DNA of 26,263 bases from a virus (lineage: Duplodnaviria; Caudoviricetes): the IMG/VR virus record IMGVR_UViG_3300044844_000952, positions 1-26,263 of that record; one strand, given 5' to 3'. The position numbers were made by a program, and so were the translations under genes. This document shows positions 7,524-14,900 of this stretch, piece by piece; the first letter of the stretch is position 1; every line of letters begins with the position of its first letter. The notes beneath the pieces were generated by a model. The model was given only the letters and a program-made list of their open reading frames with translations, ran no database searches and had not been told where the DNA came from.

Positions 7524-7572
7524 AGGGGGGGCAGCCCGGAGAGCAGTTGGCTCCGGGTTGCCCCCCTTTTTT
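7524..7572 (+). terminator. Rho-independent terminator after the major capsid gene
   Basis: GGGGGGCAGCCCGGAG / CTCCGGGTTGCCCCCC 16-bp stem (one G-U) followed by TTTTTT. Confidence 0.92.
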
Positions 7573-7591
7573 ATTACAATCGAGAGAAGCT

Positions 7592-8080
7592 ATGAAGCAG
7601 GAAGTCTATAAGACTATCGTTCAGCCAAAAGAAGAGACGCTTAAATACCTCACCGGATGGAAACGCCCAGGCTATGCTTTCATCCTTTTCGAAACAAAAG
7701 AGTGGCATGTGTTCCACGATGGCGAGAAGCGTCTGGGCACTGGCCTGATGACCCTCAACGCTGAGAGTCGGCCTGAAATCTACCACCACGTAGACCTCTA
7801 TCTACAAAAGGGATTCCGAATCCTCGACTACGGTAACTTCCCGAAGTTTAACGACAAAAACCCACAGAGAGCCGCTAAAGCTCTTCACTACTCGCAAGGC
7901 GCAGGTCTTAACCCATGGGACAATCTTGAGAAGTTCGTAAAGCAAAAGATGTCGAGTGAGATTAACTGGGATGAGCGAGCTTCCAACTACGAGAATGAGA
8001 TCAGCGTTCTCAAGAAGAAGTTGGACGAGGAAAGAGCTAAACTAGCTGTAAAGCAGTCAGTTCTTAAAAAGGAGCTATAG
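7592..8080 (+). CDS. Hypothetical protein (162 aa) with C-terminal coiled coil
   Basis: Start moved to ATG 7592 because the listed TTG 7547 lies inside the terminator. No family recognised. Confidence 0.75.
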   Translation: MKQEVYKTIVQPKEETLKYLTGWKRPGYAFILFETKEWHVFHDGEKRLGTGLMTLNAESRPEIYHHVDLYLQKGFRILDYGNFPKFNDKNPQRAAKALHYSQGAGLNPWDNLEKFVKQKMSSEINWDERASNYENEISVLKKKLDEERAKLAVKQSVLKKEL

Positions 8081-8084
8081 TCTT

Positions 8085-8441
8085 ATGGCCGTATTTATCA
8101 AGAAAGAAAACCTCGGCTCACGCCCACCTCCTCGAAAAAGCATCATGAGGACCGTGGAGTCTATGCAGACTTTCCAAGCGCTTCAGCAGCACTATGCTCA
8201 GCAGAAAGAGCAGAAAAGGCAAGAGCTCAAGGATAAGTGGGAATCAAACGCTGAAGTTCAGCGTTGGCGCAATCAAATGACTCCAGAGGAGCGAACACGT
8301 GATGCCATCGAGCGCATGGTTCCTACCACTAAAGAGGTCTTAAAGATGCGTAATGGAGGCAATGAGGTCTCCTATGAAGAAGGTCGAGCTAAGGCCGTAG
8401 AGATTGCCGAAAAGTCAGATAAGCAAAAGAAGGAAGACTAG
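8085..8441 (+). CDS. Hypothetical helical protein (118 aa), C-terminal half paralogous to 8754..8942
   Basis: Fills the operon gap, charged and helical, shares the RD(A/S)IE...S...R...V..AE(K/R).DK pattern. Confidence 0.75.
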   Translation: MAVFIKKENLGSRPPPRKSIMRTVESMQTFQALQQHYAQQKEQKRQELKDKWESNAEVQRWRNQMTPEERTRDAIERMVPTTKEVLKMRNGGNEVSYEEGRAKAVEIAEKSDKQKKED

Positions 8442-8442
8442 A

Positions 8443-8769
8443 GTGGACGCAGACACCTACTGCATTAAGGTGTGCGGCGGAAAATGTTGCACATTGTATC
8501 CTATGGGCGAAGAGCCTGTTAGGTGTCCAAGACAGGCGGCAGATGGATCGTGTAGTATTTATGCAGTTAGATATAGCGCTCCGTTATTGCAAGAAACGCT
8601 AGTACAGGTCGGGACGTGGAGAAATCGCAGAGGAATTGAAAGACCATTCGTTTGCGGTCACATAGAAAATATCATAGCAGAGGGCAATCTTCCCAAGCAT
8701 ATAGAAGATGTATGTTGCTATGCCTATCCAGAACTATTAGAGGAAACAGAATCATGCGATATAAAGTAG
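8443..8769 (+). CDS. Cysteine-cluster protein, YkgJ/CxxCxxCC-like (putative Zn or Fe-S binding)
   Basis: GTG 8443 with AGGAAG upstream. CIKVCGGKCC...CPRQAADGSCSIYAVR matches the family pattern, with extra CGH and CC motifs. Confidence 0.72.
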   Translation: MDADTYCIKVCGGKCCTLYPMGEEPVRCPRQAADGSCSIYAVRYSAPLLQETLVQVGTWRNRRGIERPFVCGHIENIIAEGNLPKHIEDVCCYAYPELLEETESCDIK

Positions 8770-8942
8770 ACTTACAAAAAGAGAAGATGTCTGAGCGACA
8801 AGTGCGTGATAGCATTGAGAAAGCAGCGCAAACAGCTCGTAACATCTCCCAGCAGCGTGGAGAAGGCGATAGGAGCCATGATTCTTTTCGGAAGGACATG
8901 GTAAAGAACGCCGAGCGAGATAAAAAGGAAGGTAAGATATAA
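8754..8942 (+). CDS. Small basic hypothetical protein (62 aa)
   Basis: Start moved to ATG 8754 (GAGGA upstream). Its stop is TAATG-coupled to the next gene. Paralogous to the C-terminus of 8085..8441. Confidence 0.7.
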   Translation: MRYKVDLQKEKMSERQVRDSIEKAAQTARNISQQRGEGDRSHDSFRKDMVKNAERDKKEGKI

Positions 8943-9679
8943 TGGGCTACCCGTTTGGTCAGAACATCACCTACTGGTTTTATCCGCTCTTGGATAACGA
9001 TACGGCGGTAGTACCATCGGCTGTTCAGTCTCAAACGCCAGCTATCTATGTCTTTGATGAGTCCGTGCCCTCTCGTGGAGATGCTGCCTCTGGGGCAAAT
9101 AGCCTACAGACCGTAAGCACATGGGTTTGGAGCTCCCAGAAGAAAGCCTGGAGCCTTACAATTCAGGCTATCAACGACCCACACCCAGACAGCAATATTC
9201 CAACACGGACCTACTGGGTCGCTTTAAACTTCAGGCTTCAAAGCGCTGGGCAGGTTCAGACTGTTATTAAGCCTCTCCAGCTTGAGCGTGTTGTTGGCCA
9301 CGATAAGGTTGTCTCGGTTACAGAAGAAGACCTCCGTGCCTACTTTCCACAGATTGATGCCTACTCCTCTGATGTTCAACGAAAGGCATTTATTTCCCAG
9401 GCTCTAATTGAGATTAAGGGTGAGCTCCGAGCAAAAGGGTACGAATGGGCAAAAATTACCCGTGCTGACCGACTCGACCTGTGCGTAATCTATAAAGCCT
9501 TGTCGATGGTCATGGTTGGGCAGATTCAGGAGCCAGGCGATAAGTTTTCCATTAAGTACCAAGAATATAAGAGCGGTTTTCAGAGCAATCTGGATAGCCT
9601 TAAATTCGAGTACCAGCAAATGGAAGGTGGTATCATAGAAACTGGCAAGGGAACGGCTACCATCATTATTTCGAGGTAG
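8942..9679 (+). CDS. Head-tail adaptor (C-terminal helical domain) with an extra N-terminal beta-rich domain
   Basis: The C-half VTEEDLRAYFP...FISQALIEIKGEL...CVIYKALSMV...KYQEYK resembles SPP1 gp15/HK97 gp6/Mu gp36 adaptors. Located upstream of the tail genes. Confidence 0.65.
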   Translation: MGYPFGQNITYWFYPLLDNDTAVVPSAVQSQTPAIYVFDESVPSRGDAASGANSLQTVSTWVWSSQKKAWSLTIQAINDPHPDSNIPTRTYWVALNFRLQSAGQVQTVIKPLQLERVVGHDKVVSVTEEDLRAYFPQIDAYSSDVQRKAFISQALIEIKGELRAKGYEWAKITRADRLDLCVIYKALSMVMVGQIQEPGDKFSIKYQEYKSGFQSNLDSLKFEYQQMEGGIIETGKGTATIIISR

Positions 9680-9682
9680 GTC

Positions 9683-10153
9683 ATGTCATCCTCGGCAGAT
9701 GTCAGAGCAGCGTGGCAAGATAACATCTGGACCGATAAAGCCATTGCGCCAATGACGTCTAAAATCTTCCTATATGACGTTAGTGTGGATAGCACCTTCA
9801 ACATGGCCGAGCTTTATTATGGAGCTCCTGGCAAATATCCAACGATTAACTTCTTTTTGTGCCTTGTGCGCCGTCAGCACGAGCCTTTAATCATGGGAAA
9901 TACTAGGTACACTTTCCAAGTAACAGTGCAGTATTATCTTCAACAGGAGGAGAGTTCCTCTAACACTTACAACACGCTGGTAGATCGGCTTGAGACAGTG
10001 GATAACCTGGTTAGAAGTAATCTAGGCGGGTCATGGGGTGATACTGTAGATTTTTACAATGGTGGCACCCCACAGGATATTTCAGTAGTTACCATTGATA
10101 ATAAAGCCTGCTGGAGAGGTGGCTTTACATACCTTGGAATAAAAACTGTTTAG
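9683..10153 (+). CDS. Putative tail terminator protein
   Basis: 156 aa immediately before the tail tube. Helix-strand pattern (SADVRAAW...YTFQVTVQYY...LETVDNLVRSNLGG) resembles lambda gpU-like terminators. Confidence 0.6.
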   Translation: MSSSADVRAAWQDNIWTDKAIAPMTSKIFLYDVSVDSTFNMAELYYGAPGKYPTINFFLCLVRRQHEPLIMGNTRYTFQVTVQYYLQQEESSSNTYNTLVDRLETVDNLVRSNLGGSWGDTVDFYNGGTPQDISVVTIDNKACWRGGFTYLGIKTV

Positions 10154-10171
10154 TATGGAGATTTAATATTT

Positions 10172-11233
10172 ATGGGAGCAAGTATTACAGGCGCACAAAC
10201 CAAGGCTGGCGTAAAAATCGCCTCCACTTGGGGAACGGCAGTCGCTTGCGGAGTTGGAAATAGCTTCGCTGGTGAAATTTCGCCTAGCTTTAACGTATCA
10301 GAAATTACATCACGCCAGATCGGTTCGGGAGCATACATGCTTTCAACTGCAACCCGTGGGTCGGTTATTCCAACCATATCGCTTACGGCTGATATGGGGT
10401 ATCGCAATAACTGTGATGTTCTCTTGGCTCAGTTCATGGGAACTGCACCAGCACCAACAGAGGTTACTGTTGGGCAGGCTGATTGGAAGCACGTTATTAC
10501 GTTCAACACCACATTGAACTCTAAGTATGTAACTCTAGCCTATGAGACTACGAGTGCTACGGTAATGGAGTTCCCAACTTGTGCTGTTCAATCCATTGGT
10601 ATCGCTACAACTGGCGTACCTGGATATCTGGACTTTACGGCAGAGCTTATCGCTAACACCGCAGAGCTTTCGTCCGCTGTAAATACAAACGTTACATTGG
10701 CTAACTGTACCTTCACTGAGGGCGTCCCTGAGTTGGTAGCAGTTGACCTTGTAGATAAGTTCCGTACGAATGTTCAGAGTGGTTCAGCTGTAGCCGGTGG
10801 TGATCAGTATAATATTACTGGATTCAACCTTGCGCTTAATCGCCCTCAAGAGATTATCCCTGAGATTAAGGGGTCTGCTGGTAATACGGCTCCTTTGGCG
10901 TCTGATCTCTTTGATGGTACTTTGAGCGTAGATGTTCGTCAGCTTGCTGACCATGCGTACTACACCATCTGGAGTGCTGAGACAGCTCGCAAGGCTCTCA
11001 TTGAGATTGAGGGAACTCAAATTGGTACTGGAACCACCAAGAAGCTTTCAATCTACCTTCCTCGTATGCTCTTGGTAACTGAGCCGCAGTACGCTCTTAC
11101 CGACCAAGGGACAAATACGATGTCGATGGAGTTCCGACTCCTGAAGGCGGCTACGGCTCCTACAGGAATGACTGGTAGCACATATCCGTACTTCGAGATT
11201 GTAAACGGGCTTGCAACTTCCCTGCTTGCCTAG
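10172..11233 (+). CDS. Major tail (tube) protein
   Basis: 353 aa, Thr/Gly/Ala-rich, STWGTA near the N-terminus, KHVITF, KLSIYLPR. Strong RBS, downstream hairpin, upstream of the chaperones and tape measure. Confidence 0.82.
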   Translation: MGASITGAQTKAGVKIASTWGTAVACGVGNSFAGEISPSFNVSEITSRQIGSGAYMLSTATRGSVIPTISLTADMGYRNNCDVLLAQFMGTAPAPTEVTVGQADWKHVITFNTTLNSKYVTLAYETTSATVMEFPTCAVQSIGIATTGVPGYLDFTAELIANTAELSSAVNTNVTLANCTFTEGVPELVAVDLVDKFRTNVQSGSAVAGGDQYNITGFNLALNRPQEIIPEIKGSAGNTAPLASDLFDGTLSVDVRQLADHAYYTIWSAETARKALIEIEGTQIGTGTTKKLSIYLPRMLLVTEPQYALTDQGTNTMSMEFRLLKAATAPTGMTGSTYPYFEIVNGLATSLLA

Positions 11234-11252
11234 TTAGTTCGGTAGTATCATT

Positions 11253-11298
11253 AAGGGCGGTATAGTTCTCTTGAGCTATACCGCCCTTTCTATATATT
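11253..11298 (+). terminator. Stem-loop after the tail tube gene (partial terminator or processing/stabilising hairpin)
   Basis: AAGGGCGGTATAGTTC-TCTT-GAGCTATACCGCCCTT 16-bp stem followed by an imperfect T-rich tail (TCTATATATT). Confidence 0.78.
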
Positions 11299-11333
11299 CG
11301 GCCCATACCCCCATTAAACTAAGGGAAAGTGCT

Positions 11334-11651
11334 ATGATTATTGACAGTGACCTTACGGTAAAAGTTGGCGACGGAGTTGCCGTATTCGATGAGCCTACCC
11401 TTCGTGACTGGGCCATTATGATTGAAATGTCTGGCAAGACTCTTGAAGAGCAAGCCGACATCCTCCTCCCAAAGCTTAAGGAGCTTCGTGGCTTCGAGTA
11501 TAAAGATGGAACTGCAGTTACAGTAGAAGACCTCAAGAATAAGAAGTTTTCCGCAAAGTTCTTCTTCCAGCTTATTCAAGCTTGGTCCAAAGCAATCGTT
11601 GAAGGACTCAAGGGCGAGGCGGAATCAAAAAACGACGTAACGGTGAATTAA
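11334..11651 (+). CDS. Tail assembly chaperone (lambda gpG equivalent), 105 aa
   Basis: Start moved to ATG 11334 because the listed TTG lies within the hairpin. Between tube and tape measure, with a slippery site near its 3' end. Confidence 0.82.
   Translation: MIIDSDLTVKVGDGVAVFDEPTLRDWAIMIEMSGKTLEEQADILLPKLKELRGFEYKDGTAVTVEDLKNKKFSAKFFFQLIQAWSKAIVEGLKGEAESKNDVTVN
11627..11633 (+). other. Programmed -1 ribosomal frameshift site A AAA AAC
   Basis: X XXY YYZ heptamer correctly phased in the chaperone frame (TCA AAA AAC). The -1 frame is open from 11633 to the stop at 11986. Confidence 0.87.
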
Positions 11652-11986
11652 TTAGGCTGCTGAGATACAAGCTCTTTGAGCCTGGTCTCAACTGCGCTAA
11701 TTGTCACGTCCTTTACGCCAAAAACAATAAGAAGCCTGCTTGTCTCATGAACCTATGTCCTATTGTCGACATAGCGGGGAACAAGCGGCTTAATCGTCTT
11801 GCTGACGCATTTCTACAGATAGAGATTCTGGATATGTCTAGCGGCTACGGCTCTTTTCAGGAAAAACTCCTGAAAGAGAGCGGACTTGCCGACGAAACAG
11901 CAGAAACCATCTTGGAGATGAGGACCGTTCTATCGGAATATAGGGAGTGGACCGCTAAGAAAAGCAACAAGGCGAAGATAAAGTAA
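11633..11986 (+). CDS. Frameshift extension of the tail assembly chaperone (gpGT equivalent, ~217 aa in total)
   Basis: The -1 frame reads RRNGELIRLLRYKLFEPGLNCANCHVLYAKNNKKPACL into the listed 11747 ORF (MNLCP...). Its stop is TAATG-coupled to the tape measure. Confidence 0.82.
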   Translation, partial: RRNGELIRLLRYKLFEPGLNCANCHVLYAKNNKKPACLMNLCPIVDIAGNKRLNRLADAFLQIEILDMSSGYGSFQEKLLKESGLADETAETILEMRTVLSEYREWTAKKSNKAKIK

Positions 11987-14900
11987 TGGCAGGCTTCGGT
12001 GACTCTAATGACATTAAGATTAATGTAACCCTTGATACAGAGGGGGCAATTAAGTCTGCCGAACAACTTAAGTCTGCATTGGAGAGTGGTCTTAAGAGCA
12101 CTGAGCAGCAGTTCAAGAAGATCGAAGGACTGTCAAAGAGCATGAGCGCTGTGCTCATTGAAGAAATTAAGTCCAAGGAGCGGATTCAGCTCGAGTCTCT
12201 TAAGAACGAAGCAGCAGCAGAACGTAGAAGGCACTTAGAGGTTCTGGCTAACGCAAACCCAGAAGTTGCTATCACCAAGCTTAAGTATCAGTCTGCCGCA
12301 AAAGAGGCTCAGGCATCGGCGCAACAACAGATTGCTGCAGCGCAAAGAACATCTGATGAGAAGATTAAGGCCGACCAGCGAGCGGCTGATAATGCCATTA
12401 AGCTTAGGCAACTTCAGGTTCGTGAGGCTGAGGCGGCTGCACGGCAAACTGCAGCAACAGAAAGCACTCTTCGAACTCAAATTCTGGAGAATATCGCTAA
12501 GATTAACCAAGCGACTGCAAGGATTAAAAAACCTACAGGCGGTGGTCTTGGGGATACTGCAGGCTCTGGCAAGCTAGTTGATGCACTTAAGAATAGCGTA
12601 GCCGGGCTTTCACTACAGTTTGGCAATGTTAACGTAGGGTTTGCGTCGTTCATTAACAACTTTAAGAACCTTGGAGTTGTTGGTGGAAGTGTAGCAGGAA
12701 TAGTCGCAGCAGTAGGTGCTATTCAAAGGTTAGACAAACAAATTGATCAGCTCGCCGAGCAGGCTAATAAAGTTGAAGGGCTTGCCGCTGGTTTCCAGGT
12801 TCTTCAAAGAACAGTAGGACAAGATCCAAGCACATCGATTCAAAAACTTAGAGATGCTACTCAAGGACTTATATCTGACGTTCAGCTCTATCAACGTGCA
12901 AATCAGGCCGTTCTTCTTGGAGTTCCTACAGATACATTTAATCAGGCTGCAGCCGCTGCAGTTAAGCTCGGAAGAGCGATGGGAATTGATGCCGCATTCG
13001 GCCTCGAGTCTCTCTCCCTCGGACTTGGTCGTCAGTCCCGTCTCTACCTAGATAACCTTGGTATTATTGTTAGCGCCGAACAAGCCTACGCAAACTTTGC
13101 GATGACAGTCGGAAAGACTGCAAACGACCTAACGGACTCTGAAAAGAAACAAGCATTCTTTGCTGAAGCTCTTAAGAAGATTAAGGAAAGGGCAGAAGAA
13201 CTTCCAGATCCCCTTGATACTGTTGGCGTTGCACTTCAAAGACTTCAAGCAGCCCAAGAGAATGCTAATACAAAATTTAGCGAAGGTATAAATACATCCA
13301 AGGCCCTTACGGATGCATATAAGGATCAAGCTAAGCAAGCTGCACTTGCGGCAGAAAGTAATGAGAGATATGGCGCTGCGGTAGGATTATTGGGAGGATT
13401 TGTTAAGCAACTTGCAAATGACATTAGAGGCATTGGCCTCATTGCAAGAAACGCTGGGGTAGAAATTGTTGGTGCTTTTGCCGATCTTACACCAGAGGAG
13501 CGCCTTCAGACCCTCGATAAGACAATCAAAAAGCTAGAGGAGTCTACCAATCAACTTCGAGAAGCAAGGTCTGCAGCTGAAAATGAAGGGGATCAGTTTA
13601 GCCCAACGCTTGCAAATAGATTAAAAGAACAAGAAGCAGCACTTGTAGCAGCCAGAAAGGAAACAGAAGCACTAACAACAGAAATCGCACGGCTTCGAGG
13701 CGAAGGTGCTCAAGGCGTTAAGATAAATGTAGATATTTCTGCAATTACCGAAGCTAGAAGTGCATTTACAAATCTTTTTGCTAAGATTAAAGAAGACACC
13801 CTAAAAGATGCTGGGCAAGTAGAAGTTCCAGGGATTGCGCCAGAGGTACTCCAGCAAGCTTCCATCGCATATGAAAAACTTGTATTTGGATTAGATCAGG
13901 GAACTGTATCTACTGCCAAATTCAATGAAGAATTTGCAAAGCTTCAAGCGAATGTTGGGCAATCTGCCGCAGCTGCAAAGGTTGGGGAGCTTACCCAGGA
14001 AATAGCCAAGCTACAAGAGCAAAGTAAACAAGCTGGTGCAGATCAGAACGAGTTCTCTACAAAGATAAAAATTGCATCTGAGCAACTTGCGGAGGCTTCA
14101 CGACAAGGCGGCCTTTATGGCAAGACTGCAGAGAAACTAGGTGAGCTGCTTGTAATTTCTGGAAAGAAGGGCAAAAAGGCTTCCGAAGATCTTAAATCAG
14201 CGCAGAAGGATGCAGCTAAACAATCAGCAACAGCACTTAAACAACAAGAGCAGCAACTAAAAGACCTTACTAAATCCCTTGGTAGATCTCTTGGACAAGC
14301 GATCCCAAAGAATGTTCAACAACAGCTTCTTGATGTATTTAACGAACCACAGCAAAGCGCTGAAGAGCTTAGAGCGAAGATAGAGGAAATTGGCAAAGAA
14401 TTCCTTAAGGCTGGTGGAGACTATCAGGCTTTTGCAAAGGAAGTTAAGGGACTCAACGATCTCAAGAATGAGATGCCCGATCAGCCTTTAAGCGGCACAT
14501 CGGAGAGTATTAATGAAGCGAAGCAATATAATAAAGAACTCGCACAAGCCCAGGAAGGCCTTCTTAACATAAGAAAGCTTATCTATGGCGACAATCAAGA
14601 CCCCAATCAGAAGGCAGCTGGTGGAGGCTTCTTCGGGTTCGACCTTGGGGAAAATGCAACTCAAGAGATGGAGGCTCAAATTGCTGGGCAGTTCCAAGAT
14701 GCACTTGCAGGAGCATTCCAGGCTGGTGCAGATGGATTCTCAAGAGAGGATGTTCCAGGCATAGCAGCGTCTATCGGCTCTGCAACTGGAGCTGCCATTG
14801 CAGCATCTATTGGAGTTCCACCAGAAGTCGGAGCAGCAATTGGAAATGTTCTTGGACAGATTGTAGGAGAGTCGCTCGCCGAGCTCGGTAAGGATCTTGA

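Noticed and set aside
7575-7580. TACAAT as a promoter for the four-gene cassette
   Set aside because: No -35 at proper spacing and no extended TG, so it is unsupported without TSS data.
7547-7591. Listed TTG start at 7547 (likewise 4573, 8404, 8652 and 11271)
   Set aside because: These starts fall inside hairpins or upstream genes. Downstream starts with an RBS or stop-start coupling fit better.
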